A DNA stretch of 32,000 nucleotides from Opitutales bacterium (lineage in GTDB: Bacteria > Verrucomicrobiota > Verrucomicrobiia > Opitutales > PNEW01): NCBI GenBank assembly GCA_965219535.1, contig CBDCNV010000002.1, positions 1,920,001-1,952,000 on the forward strand, given 5' to 3'. Below are positions 10,440 through 19,949 of this stretch, one piece after another. A model generated the notes under the pieces. It did not search any database and had not been told where the DNA came from. It saw nothing but the letters and a program-made list of their open reading frames with translations. Numbering within the stretch: position 1 is the first letter of the stretch; each line of letters starts with the position of its first letter. Both the position numbers and the translations under genes were made by a program.

Positions 10440-11164
10440 TGCGATTCAAGCTCAGTTTTCTCCGTCCATACTACCAACGCGTTTCGGGCTGCGTTTTCTT
10501 CCGCTTCCTTTTTAGAATACCCAAGCCCTTCTCCTGCTTTATTACCATTGATCATTACATCCACTTTAAATGATTTCTCATGGTCGGGGCCTATTTCACC
10601 GGTCATTGTATATTCAATCGCATCATTGCCAAATTTGGGCTGAACGAGTTCTTGTAATCGGCCCTTAGGGTTGTGTCCGTGAATGATCTCATCGCTTTTT
10701 TCTTCAAGATCGCCAAACCATTCGAGAACAGTTTTTCGGGTCGTCTCCCAATCACTGTCTAGATAAATGGCTGCGACAATCGCTTCAATCGTATCTTCCA
10801 AAATAGAATTGCGAGAACGGTTAAAGTTTTTTTTCTCGCTTTCGCTCAGTCGAATACAGGTTTCAATACCTAAACGAGACGCCATCTCTGCCAGATAGGA
10901 TCCATTGGCGATAATCGCGCGGTTGCGAGTTAGTGTACCTTCTCTTGCTTTTGGTAAGCGGTTAAAAAGTTCATCGGCAAGAATGGCGGAAAGCAAAGCA
11001 TCACCGAGAAATTCAAGCCGTTGGTTATGGTCACCATCTTCCGGATGTAGACTATGGTGAGAAGGGTGGGTGAGGCTTTGCTGAAGATACTCGGGATGAT
11101 TAAATCGATAGCCAAGCGTCTCTTGCAGAACAGACATATGTTTAGTAATATTATCCTTACCCAT
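10436..11164 (-). CDS. rnc: ribonuclease III
   Basis: 242 aa. Signature QRLEFLGDALL and a C-terminal dsRBD (GPDHEKSFKVDV...GLGYSKKEAEENAARNAL). An alternative start at the second Met (MSVLQETLGY, near 11137) is possible. Confidence 0.95.
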   Translation of the reverse strand: MGKDNITKHMSVLQETLGYRFNHPEYLQQSLTHPSHHSLHPEDGDHNQRLEFLGDALLSAILADELFNRLPKAREGTLTRNRAIIANGSYLAEMASRLGIETCIRLSESEKKNFNRSRNSILEDTIEAIVAAIYLDSDWETTRKTVLEWFGDLEEKSDEIIHGHNPKGRLQELVQPKFGNDAIEYTMTGEIGPDHEKSFKVDVMINGNKAGEGLGYSKKEAEENAARNALVVWTEKTELESQ

Positions 11165-11258
11165 TCGAAAATATTAAGTAATAACTCAGGAATGATGCGC
11201 CTGAAAGCTTTATTAACTACAATGCAAAACTTAGAAAATCTATAGGGATTTACCTCGA

Positions 11259-12038
11259 TTAGCTTAAATTAAACCTTTGAATTACTTCTTTTGCTAAATC
11301 CCTGTAGGCGAGACTACCTGCGCTGTGTGAATCGTAGTGAAGGATTGATTGACCAAAACTGGGAGCCTCGCTCAGTCGTACGGAGCGGGGTATGACTGTA
11401 TTAAAAACTTCTTTTTCAAAATGGCTGCTCACTTCGATCACAACTTGCTTACTCAGGTTCGTGCGTACATCATACATCGTCATAATGATACCGCCTATTT
11501 CCAGATTAGGGTTAATATTTGCGTTCTTTATCCTTTCAACAACTTGCAAAATCTGACCTAAACCTTCCATCGCAAGATATTCGCATTGCAATGTGATTAG
11601 TAGATAATTTGCGGCTGCCAGGCCATTCATTGAAAGCAGTCCCAGAGCTGGTGGACAATCAATAATAATCGATTTAAATCTGTCTGAATTTTTCAGTGGA
11701 TCAACGCAACGCCTCAATTGTATGAGATAATCGTCGCGCTGGCTGATTTCAATTTCAAGCGCGGCGATATCCACCTCCGATGGAATAAGATAAAGATTCT
11801 GAATCCCCGTTTCTATGATCAGATCACGAGCATCCCCCTCTCCATTGAGTGGTCCATATAGGCTTTTACCTGCCGTTTTTTCCTGCCCCAGACCACTCGT
11901 AGCATTGCCCTGGGGATCGATATCTATAATAAGGGTAGGGATATTCTTTTCCGCAAGAGCGGCGCCGAGATTGATCGACGTTGTTGTTTTACCAACTCCA
12001 CCCTTTTGGTTAGCAATCGTAAAAACTTGTGCTACCAT
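11259..12038 (-). CDS. parA: ParA/Soj-family partition ATPase (no adjacent parB)
   Basis: 259 aa. Deviant Walker A NQKGGVGKTTTSINL and the ParA-type DCPP motif (IIIDCPPALG). Confidence 0.9.
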   Translation of the reverse strand: MVAQVFTIANQKGGVGKTTTSINLGAALAEKNIPTLIIDIDPQGNATSGLGQEKTAGKSLYGPLNGEGDARDLIIETGIQNLYLIPSEVDIAALEIEISQRDDYLIQLRRCVDPLKNSDRFKSIIIDCPPALGLLSMNGLAAANYLLITLQCEYLAMEGLGQILQVVERIKNANINPNLEIGGIIMTMYDVRTNLSKQVVIEVSSHFEKEVFNTVIPRSVRLSEAPSFGQSILHYDSHSAGSLAYRDLAKEVIQRFNLS

Positions 12039-12202
12039 CTTAAGGTAAGTATGTAAAAGGCTGAAAGGACAAGTCTAGCCCGATTTTATAAAAATCTGTA
12101 TTATATTATGAAACGCCCCCCATTTATTTAATTAGATGGGTTAAAAATCACTTGAACGATCTTAAGCTTTGATTTTTACTGATCTCACCTGTGTTTATTA
12201 TC

Positions 12203-12277
12203 GGCGCGGTAGCCAAGTGGTAAGGCCGGAGTCTGCAAAACTCCTATACGCCGGTTCGATTCCGGCCCGCGCCTCCA
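12203..12277 (+). tRNA. tRNA-Cys (anticodon GCA), CCA encoded
   Basis: The cloverleaf can be read by eye. Acceptor GGCGCGG/CCGCGCC. Anticodon stem GGAGT/ACTCC with loop CTGCAAA. T arm GCCGG-TTCGATT-CCGGC. Discriminator T, then CCA at 12275-12277. Confidence 0.93.
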
Positions 12278-12311
12278 TTATTGAAATTTTAAATACATAA
12301 TTTTCTAAACC

Positions 12312-13406
12312 ATGCGGTTATACAGTAGTGTTGATGAATTGACCACCGATCTCAGGGAAACGCTCATTGGTAACTTTAATCTTCAGGGGTATCGCGTTTT
12401 CCTCTGCGATGACGATGAGAATACTCTCAATCTACTTAATAGCTCAGATTCTACTGCGGAAAAAAAAGTGTTGAGATCGCAGGTTGACCCTTATATTCGA
12501 TCGGATTTTTCATTTGAGAATGGAAATCTGCTCACCGACTTTACCTCGGCATATTGTTTTCCGCTCATTTCTGATGAGGAATTTACAGGCTATCTCTTTA
12601 TTGCGGAAAATCCGGATCAGCGTTCACTCGGTAAAGATGAATTAAATAAAATATACAAATTTAAAGATGAATTGGGAACGTATCTCGACCATCTGCGATT
12701 AAAATTGAGAGTGCAGAGAGCAGAGACACAAGAATTACTTGGCAGTATCTCACATGGGTTGGCTCACGATTTAATTTCTTTCCTCACACCCGTGCAAACA
12801 TACTTCCAACTTCTGGAAGTCGATCCCCAGAATGCTATCAATCTGTCTTCCGCCGCGGCCAATAACGTTTATGATTTGTTAACATTTATTAAAAATGCGC
12901 GCATTTATTCGGAAAATGGACGCTTTATTAAATACCCCTGTTTCCTGGGATTAATTCTCGATCATTCGATCAAACCTTGTGAATCCCTTATACAGAGCAA
13001 TAAAGTAGAAGTCGTAAAAGATTTCAGTGATGAGGCGACTCTTGAAGCGAATAGTTTTCTTTTTCAACGATTGCTCACTAATTTAATACGCAACGCTATA
13101 GAGAGTGGATCCACGCGAATTGTTGTATCACTCGTTAGGGAAGATGATGTAAATGGGTATAATCAAATCATTCAGATTGCAGATAATGGAGAGGGTATTA
13201 ATGCCGTGAACCTGGACCAGATATTTAATACTGGATTTTCTACTAAAAGCAGTAGTGGTTTGGGCTTAGCCATCGCCCAAAAAATAGCTAGTGCTCATTC
13301 AGGGCATATAGAGGCGTTTCCAAATAACGATCGAGGTGCCGTGTTTAAAATAATCTTACCCTTGAAACTTACCCCTGCCCCTTTTAAAATTTCTGGTGTC
13401 CGCTGA
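12312..13406 (+). CDS. soluble sensor histidine kinase (GAF-like N-terminus, HisKA-like, HATPase_c)
   Basis: 364 aa. H-box region ISHGLAHDLISFL, N box LLTNLIRNAIESG, G1 IADNGEGI, G2 SSGLGLAIAQKIA. No transmembrane segment is evident and no adjacent response regulator. Confidence 0.85.
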   Translation: MRLYSSVDELTTDLRETLIGNFNLQGYRVFLCDDDENTLNLLNSSDSTAEKKVLRSQVDPYIRSDFSFENGNLLTDFTSAYCFPLISDEEFTGYLFIAENPDQRSLGKDELNKIYKFKDELGTYLDHLRLKLRVQRAETQELLGSISHGLAHDLISFLTPVQTYFQLLEVDPQNAINLSSAAANNVYDLLTFIKNARIYSENGRFIKYPCFLGLILDHSIKPCESLIQSNKVEVVKDFSDEATLEANSFLFQRLLTNLIRNAIESGSTRIVVSLVREDDVNGYNQIIQIADNGEGINAVNLDQIFNTGFSTKSSSGLGLAIAQKIASAHSGHIEAFPNNDRGAVFKIILPLKLTPAPFKISGVR

Positions 13407-13418
13407 AATGTTCAGCGG
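13400..13418 (+). terminator. short perfect hairpin overlapping the kinase stop codon (possible weak terminator or processing site)
   Basis: ccgctgaa-atg-ttcagcgg gives an 8-bp perfect stem with a 3-nt loop. The TGA stop at 13404-13406 is inside the 5' arm. No T-run follows, so this is not a canonical intrinsic terminator. Confidence 0.3.
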
Positions 13419-13438
13419 CGACAATATCTTCGCAGTCG

Positions 13439-16400
13439 GTGGAAAACTACTTTAGATTTAATCAACGCTTTTTTTCCACGCGTCAGATAGAGAAAAGCAA
13501 ATCTGTTGATCAGCTTAATTTAAAGACAGTTAATGTAATACGCGATTTAATTTATGCGAATATCGATGGCCAATCACTACACCTGGATCTGTATTTGCCG
13601 CGAGACTCTATGGAGAGCAATCCTGTTATCGTCTGGATTCACGGTGGTGACTGGCGTGGCTATGATTGGTTACGGGGAAGCAGAGAATCATGCCCGATTA
13701 TCAGGATGGTTACGCGAGGTTATGCTGTCGCAAGTATTGATTATCGTCTTTCCTCTAGGGCTAAGTTTCCAGCTCAATTAGAAGACTGCAAAGCAGCCAT
13801 TCGCTGGCTTAAAGCAAATGCCCGCGATTATAAATTAAATGAAAAAGCCATTGGGGCTTGTGGTTTTTCGGGTGGGGCCATGCTGGCGGCACTTCTTGGA
13901 ACGACCGGAAGTGATGAGCAAAATAACGGGAGTGGAGGAAATCTAGAGCAGTCAAGTTCTATCCAGGCAGTAGTTGATTTATTTGGACAGACTAATTTTT
14001 TAAATTTAGATATTTTCGCCAAGCGGAATGCAATCCCCAATTACATTTTTCATGATTCTGAAGCATCTCCAGAGTCTCTATTAGTCGGAGGTCCAATTCA
14101 AAGAAACAGAAAGATAGTCGCGCAAACTAGCCCGATTTCATATGTCTCGAAGGATAGTCCGCCTTTTCTAATTATTCACGGATTACTAGATGGGGTCGTT
14201 CCATTTCAGCAAAGTGAAGAACTATTTTCTGCATTAAAAAATGCGAGTGTAGAAACGACACTATTATTACTGAACGATGTGGGGCATGGATTAAACTTTC
14301 AATCTGCCGACAATATAATAGATGCTTTTCTGGATAAACATTTAAAAAAAATCCGGCATGAAATCCAGAGTGAATTAGGTAAAGTTATCGTTCATGACGA
14401 TGTGGGACATTATAAAACCTATAATGATAAAGACATAATTTTAGATAATATTAGTGGAATCATTTTTAGAGATTGGGTTGAACCACTTTTTAACGTGGCT
14501 GGATCCGTAAAATATGGAACCTTCCACAGCACCGCGTTAAACTGTTCAGTCAGTTATCAGGTATACTTGCCTCCTGCTTATGATAAAAAGCCAGAGAAAA
14601 AATTTCCTGTTCTCTATAAAATTGGAGGAGGTAACGGAAATTATGGGCGATGGATTGTCGATGAATCCAGAGGTTTTGAATTAGCAATCAGCTCAGGAAA
14701 TAATCCAGAAATGTTATTGGTGAGTGTTACGCGATTTGATTATCGCTGGAGTTTAAGAAAAAAGAAGCTCTTCGAAAAGATGTTTATCAATGATTTTATG
14801 CCTCATATTGAATCAGAATATCGAACGATAAATACAAGTGATGCGCGTGCCATTTATGGGATATGTGCAGGTGCTGAATTTGCATTACGCATTGGATTCG
14901 AGAATCCCGGTTTATTTTCCGAGATCCAGACTAGCTTAATGCCATTTATCTCCTGGCATTCGAAAAAGGATCGCAAAAGAACAGCAAAAAACATCCTTAA
15001 AAAAAACCTGAAGCAAATTAAAGACTCTCTGTCATTACATCTAGTTACGACAAAATCCGATATGTTTTATAATGATATGTTAGCTGTTCATCGTGAGTTA
15101 AATAACTATGAGGTAAATCATGAATTTGCGGTATTAGAGGGGGTACGACATGGGGAAACTCCGAATGAATTGTTAAGATTATCAGACCGGTTTTATGTTG
15201 ATGCTTTTGATAAATTTACAAGTTATGACAAAGTATATAATCGTAATGAAAATAAAATTCATCGCGATTTGGTATTCAGTAATGAAGGCGGCAATGATTT
15301 AAAATTGGATCTCTATTTGCCATTAAGTGATGATGAGGCCAGTAATTTCCCCGTCATTGTTTGGATCCACGGTAGCGACTGGCGTGGCGAGCTCTGGTGT
15401 GAAGGCAGCAGGGAACCCTGCCCGGCGGCTTACCTTACGGATCACGGATATGCGGTTACTAGTATAGAATACCGATTGTCTACGGACGAGCCATTTCCAG
15501 CGCAACTTATTGATGCTATAGCTGCATTACAGTGGATTGTAGAAAATGCGAAAGAGTATCATTTGGACAGTAAAAATATTGGTCTCTGGGGCGTGTCAGG
15601 TGGTGGCCTTATTGCAGCATTATTGGGGACTACTAGCGGCAGAGGAGAGATTAATATTAACGGGGTTAAATTGGCACAATCAGTCAATGTAAAAGCGGTT
15701 GTTGATTGTTTCGGACCAATAGATGTTACGCAATGGGACGCAATGCACAGAGCGGAATGTCATGAAAAACGAATCTCTCAAAACTTAGATAATTCACCGC
15801 TTTCACTGTTACTGGGGGGTATACCAAGTGAAATGAAAAGTTTAGCTGAACTATTAAACCCCATAACCTACATTAGTGAAAAAACTCCACCCTTTCTAAT
15901 ATTTCATGGAGCTGATGATTCAGTCGTTCCCATGGGCCACAGTGGATTACTGCATCGTGCTCTTATTGAAGCAGGGGTGAATTCTAATTTGAAGATAAGA
16001 GACGATGTGGGACACGGTCTTGAAGCCTTAAATGCCTGGGTTGAAATCCAAAACTTTTTTGATCAATATCTTAAAGGTATATCTGATGATGAAGATTTAT
16101 GTGACCAAAATGCTGTTTACGTAAATAAGTCAGGTGGAATATTTTTTGACTCTTATGTGGATCCAATCTCAAGAGCGACTGGTGGGACTCAATATAAAAC
16201 TTTTAAGAGCAAAACTATTAATGATGACGTTAGTTATCTTATCTATCTTCCTCCCTCATATAATAAGAATAAAACTTCTCGTTATCCAGTGATATACTGG
16301 CTTCATGACAAAGAACAGGGGCCGAGAGATAATTTATATTACACCTATATATTCGATGAGGCTATTAAAGCTAATGAGGTTTCCGACGTAATTATTGTAC

Positions 16401-16912
16401 TTGTTAATGGGAGGCCTAATAGTGGCTATCGCGATTCGGAGGAGAACGGCCCAATGGAAAGCATAATTATAAATGATTTAATCCCTCATATAGATCAAAA
16501 TTACCCTACCTTAGATGACCGTAATTTCCGTGCCGTAGAGGGTGTTGGCATGGGAGGGGAGGGAGCAGGAAGATTTGGGTTTAAATATCCAAATCTATTC
16601 GGCTATGTTTCTATTATCGGCTTACGAATGGAAGATAGACTCAATCACAATGGAGACAGAATTGAAGATTGGGTCATTAAAAATCATGATTTAATATCTG
16701 ATCGCACCAGGATCAGGATCGTAGATTTTGGTGATGACCATTCCAATTCAGAGAAATTCCCGTTACATCAAAATATGGAAAAAAATAATATAACTCATGA
16801 TTGGGTGTTGGTTGAAAGATCGAAGCAGGATTTCTTAAATAGTTTCCTGTCTGCGGATTTCAATTTTGTTGAGTTTTATCATACGGGAGATTTTCAAAGG
16901 AAAAATTACTGA
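13439..16912 (+). CDS. four-domain esterase: [BD-FAE/Abhydrolase_3-like alpha/beta hydrolase + esterase-D/CE1-like domain] x 2
   Basis: 1157 aa, GTG start. Unit 1 has IVWIHGGDWRG...GFSGGA...HGLLDGVVP...VGHG, then VSYQVYLPPAYDKKPEKKFPVLY. Unit 2 repeats the pattern about 572 aa later: VIVWIHGSDWRG...GVSGGG...HGADDSVVP...VGHG, then VSYLIYLPPSYNKNKTSRYPVIY. No obvious signal peptide. The start codon is uncertain. Confidence 0.85.
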   Translation: MENYFRFNQRFFSTRQIEKSKSVDQLNLKTVNVIRDLIYANIDGQSLHLDLYLPRDSMESNPVIVWIHGGDWRGYDWLRGSRESCPIIRMVTRGYAVASIDYRLSSRAKFPAQLEDCKAAIRWLKANARDYKLNEKAIGACGFSGGAMLAALLGTTGSDEQNNGSGGNLEQSSSIQAVVDLFGQTNFLNLDIFAKRNAIPNYIFHDSEASPESLLVGGPIQRNRKIVAQTSPISYVSKDSPPFLIIHGLLDGVVPFQQSEELFSALKNASVETTLLLLNDVGHGLNFQSADNIIDAFLDKHLKKIRHEIQSELGKVIVHDDVGHYKTYNDKDIILDNISGIIFRDWVEPLFNVAGSVKYGTFHSTALNCSVSYQVYLPPAYDKKPEKKFPVLYKIGGGNGNYGRWIVDESRGFELAISSGNNPEMLLVSVTRFDYRWSLRKKKLFEKMFINDFMPHIESEYRTINTSDARAIYGICAGAEFALRIGFENPGLFSEIQTSLMPFISWHSKKDRKRTAKNILKKNLKQIKDSLSLHLVTTKSDMFYNDMLAVHRELNNYEVNHEFAVLEGVRHGETPNELLRLSDRFYVDAFDKFTSYDKVYNRNENKIHRDLVFSNEGGNDLKLDLYLPLSDDEASNFPVIVWIHGSDWRGELWCEGSREPCPAAYLTDHGYAVTSIEYRLSTDEPFPAQLIDAIAALQWIVENAKEYHLDSKNIGLWGVSGGGLIAALLGTTSGRGEININGVKLAQSVNVKAVVDCFGPIDVTQWDAMHRAECHEKRISQNLDNSPLSLLLGGIPSEMKSLAELLNPITYISEKTPPFLIFHGADDSVVPMGHSGLLHRALIEAGVNSNLKIRDDVGHGLEALNAWVEIQNFFDQYLKGISDDEDLCDQNAVYVNKSGGIFFDSYVDPISRATGGTQYKTFKSKTINDDVSYLIYLPPSYNKNKTSRYPVIYWLHDKEQGPRDNLYYTYIFDEAIKANEVSDVIIVLVNGRPNSGYRDSEENGPMESIIINDLIPHIDQNYPTLDDRNFRAVEGVGMGGEGAGRFGFKYPNLFGYVSIIGLRMEDRLNHNGDRIEDWVIKNHDLISDRTRIRIVDFGDDHSNSEKFPLHQNMEKNNITHDWVLVERSKQDFLNSFLSADFNFVEFYHTGDFQRKNY

Positions 16913-18810
16913 AAATTTAATAAATTCTGTTGTCGATTAATCATCTCATAATATATTCCTTTAGCATTGAGAAGATCTTTGTGCGTTCCAGATTCAGCAA
17001 TTTGCCCCTCATCCATGACTAAAATCAAATCGGCGCTGGTAATAGTACTGAGGCGGTGAGCAATGACAAATGTTGTCCTCGTAGCAAAGAGGTTTTTTAA
17101 CGCAGCCTGGACTAATTGCTCAGTTTCAGTGTCAAGACTGCTTGTGGCCTCGTCTAAAATTAATATTATCGGGTTTGCCAAGTAAGCTCTCGCGATACTA
17201 ATACGTTGGCGTTGGCCACCTGATAACTTAAATCCATGTTCTCCGATAATAGTATCATAACCTTGCGGCATTTCATTTATGAATTCATGGGCGTTAGCAC
17301 TACGCGATGAATCGACGATTTCCAAATCTGTGGCATCCGGATTTGCGTAGGAAATATTTTCACGCAATGTCCCATCGAAAAGAAAAGTATCCTGTTGAAC
17401 GAGACCAATCAAATTGCGATAACTACGTAATTTGATTTGTTTCAAGTCTACTCCATTAAGATAAATCTCGCCCGATGAGGGATCATAAAAGCGCGCGACA
17501 AGATTTGAGAGGGTAGTTTTACCAGCCCCGCTTTTCCCTACGAGGGCCACTGTGCTCCCTCCCTTGATCTCCAAATTCAAATCTGTGATCACTGGTTTTT
17601 CCGGACTGTATCCAAAATTGACATTTGCAAAGCGCAATTCTTTTACCTCTTTGGGTGCGTCGATGGCATCTGAATAATCAGGTTTATCGACTTCTATGTC
17701 GAAAAGCTCGAAGATACGATCAATCGCAGCAAGACCTTGCTGCAATTGGCTCTGAGAACTCACAATATTAAAGATCGGTCGTAAGGTAAATGCAGTGTAA
17801 AGTGTAATTGCCAGAATGTCACCTATTGTTGCTTGACCGTGAATTACAAAATAACCCCCGCAACATATAATGATGAGGCTGCTCGTTGTAATTAGCATAC
17901 CCCAACCAACATCTATTGTTAATTGTCGTAATTTTGCATAGAGATCTTTCCTCGATACCGTAAGATTTCCTCTGGCATAATTCAGCTCCTCTTTTTTTTC
18001 CCGACTATAAGCGCGTACTACTCGAATTCCCTGAAATATCTCTGTCGCCATCCCATTTACTTCTGCACTATCCTTGTGCATCTCTTTAAATACCGGTCGA
18101 AGACGGCGTACATTTAATAAGCTAATAAATAGCATGGGTGGTAAAACGAGGGCGGCTACGATAGCCAATCGCCAATTAATCAAGACAATTATTAGAACGG
18201 TAATTATTACCCTTATCCCTTCAATCGTGGGAATAAGTATTCCATGCTCAACGAGTGTTGATGCCGAATTAATATCGTTAGTTAATCGAGATGTAATTCC
18301 TCCTACTTTCAATCTAGATAGTTCATGCAGGGGTAGATTGATCAAGTGTCGAAAGAAATTTCGTCGGAGTTTAAAAATAAACTTGGCATTAAGGATTTGT
18401 AATCGATAGGAGCGGAATACCTCGATGAAAAAAGAAAGGATTAAAAACAACAACATCAACCCGCCAAATAAAAGCAGAACTCGGGTTTTTTCTTTGGTCC
18501 CTAATAATTCATTTAAGATGATGCCATCGATAATATAGCGCGAGACAAGCGGCTGTAATAAATTAATAAAAATTACTAGAAAACCCAGGCCGATAACCAA
18601 AATCAAGCCGTACCTGTAAGGCCACAACCATTCACGGTATCTTCGAAGATACTCTTTCCGTCGACTCCCGGATCGCGGCGATTTTTCGTAACTCTGTCCC
18701 TCAGGTGATACTTTGTCTTTTTTTGACTTTGAACGCTTTAATTTAAGCTCGTTGATGAAATTTTCGAACCGTTGACGGGAAGTACAGAGTCGATTGTCAT
18801 CTTTTTTCAT
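16906..18810 (-). CDS. ABC exporter, fused transmembrane and ATP-binding domains (MsbA/multidrug type)
   Basis: 634 aa. About six predicted TM helices, then Walker A GKSGAGKTT, signature LSGGQRQR, Walker B ILILDEATSSLD and H-loop AHRL. Unusually long, basic N-terminal tail of about 60 aa. Confidence 0.93.
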   Translation of the reverse strand: MKKDDNRLCTSRQRFENFINELKLKRSKSKKDKVSPEGQSYEKSPRSGSRRKEYLRRYREWLWPYRYGLILVIGLGFLVIFINLLQPLVSRYIIDGIILNELLGTKEKTRVLLLFGGLMLLFLILSFFIEVFRSYRLQILNAKFIFKLRRNFFRHLINLPLHELSRLKVGGITSRLTNDINSASTLVEHGILIPTIEGIRVIITVLIIVLINWRLAIVAALVLPPMLFISLLNVRRLRPVFKEMHKDSAEVNGMATEIFQGIRVVRAYSREKKEELNYARGNLTVSRKDLYAKLRQLTIDVGWGMLITTSSLIIICCGGYFVIHGQATIGDILAITLYTAFTLRPIFNIVSSQSQLQQGLAAIDRIFELFDIEVDKPDYSDAIDAPKEVKELRFANVNFGYSPEKPVITDLNLEIKGGSTVALVGKSGAGKTTLSNLVARFYDPSSGEIYLNGVDLKQIKLRSYRNLIGLVQQDTFLFDGTLRENISYANPDATDLEIVDSSRSANAHEFINEMPQGYDTIIGEHGFKLSGGQRQRISIARAYLANPIILILDEATSSLDTETEQLVQAALKNLFATRTTFVIAHRLSTITSADLILVMDEGQIAESGTHKDLLNAKGIYYEMINRQQNLLNFQ

Positions 18811-18875
18811 GATTTCATATGAAAGAAAGAATCACAGTAGTCGAATATCTAATTATACTCTATATTAACAAGCAC

Positions 18876-19949
18876 CTAGGCTACGACCTTGGGATTAGAG
18901 TCAATGATTTCCTGAGTTACTTTAAAAATCTTATCCGCATAATTTGAAAATTCTTTTTTCCGACTGTTAATATGCCCTGTTGTTTTCAACCCCAATTCGT
19001 TTGTGAGAGAATCATTGATATTTTGAAAATGAGCGCGTTCTTCTTCCGGTGCGTCATTTTGAAGTGCGAGATTTGAGACGTAGACAACGGTCTTGATCCA
19101 AAACATAGTCTCACGAAAATTCCCTTCATCGATCATTTCTTTCGTTCCGTCGATGATGTAAGGGCGAAGATGCTTTTTTATTTTGAATCCGAAAGGGCAG
19201 GGGCTTCGTTTCACAGCCACGGCGCGGTCGAACATTTCTGACATTTCATTGAAATAGTGATTAACTTTCTCTCGTGTTAGATGAGCGTACCCCATTACTT
19301 CCAATAGTTCCTCGTGTAGCCCTTCAAGATCGAGTTCTTTTAGCTGTTCCCTGTATTTAATAAGACTGCGTCGATGCGTAGGTGGTTCGAGGGATGCCAG
19401 TGCTATCATCGTTGCAAGAAATTTACCATTCCACCCGAGCATAAATGCACAGTCGTTGAGGGGGACCGCATCACTTATATTATTAAGGAAGTTTACTATC
19501 AGATTTTTTTGTGCTTCACAGCGTGCTATTACCCACTCACGTCGGTTAAATTCTTGAATAACAGTTTTTGACAACTCTTTAAGTCGCCCCTCTGAGTCTG
19601 AAATTATACTTTCAGGAGTCAATTCATGAGCCAATGTTGGATTGGAAAGTACGCTACCGTGAGAGCTGTACACATCATTTTTTATATAAACGATCTCCAA
19701 GAGTAATTCTTTATAGTACAGTTCATCATTGTTCCGCAAAAGTCCATCATAGGGTAAGTCCGGCGTTTCTGTATTATCCTTCCTGTCTATTAATACCGCT
19801 ATATCTACATCTGTATTTAGAGGGAATTCTTCGCTCCTGCTCAATTTATTGATCGATCCGAGAAAATGAGCGCCGGTGAACCTTTCCGATTGCTTGCTGT
19901 AAGTATCAACCCACTCATTAACAATATCTATTGCTTCGCTAACCAACAT
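18876..19949 (-). CDS. hypothetical protein with N-terminal Pol-beta-type nucleotidyltransferase fold and helical C-terminal domain
   Basis: 357 aa. FLGSINKLSRSEEFPLNTDVDIAVLID fits the minimal nucleotidyltransferase pattern (G-S, then D-x-D on the next strand). The remainder is helical and I do not recognise it. Same strand as the ABC exporter and 65 nt upstream of it. Confidence 0.55.
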   Translation of the reverse strand: MLVSEAIDIVNEWVDTYSKQSERFTGAHFLGSINKLSRSEEFPLNTDVDIAVLIDRKDNTETPDLPYDGLLRNNDELYYKELLLEIVYIKNDVYSSHGSVLSNPTLAHELTPESIISDSEGRLKELSKTVIQEFNRREWVIARCEAQKNLIVNFLNNISDAVPLNDCAFMLGWNGKFLATMIALASLEPPTHRRSLIKYREQLKELDLEGLHEELLEVMGYAHLTREKVNHYFNEMSEMFDRAVAVKRSPCPFGFKIKKHLRPYIIDGTKEMIDEGNFRETMFWIKTVVYVSNLALQNDAPEEERAHFQNINDSLTNELGLKTTGHINSRKKEFSNYADKIFKVTQEIIDSNPKVVA

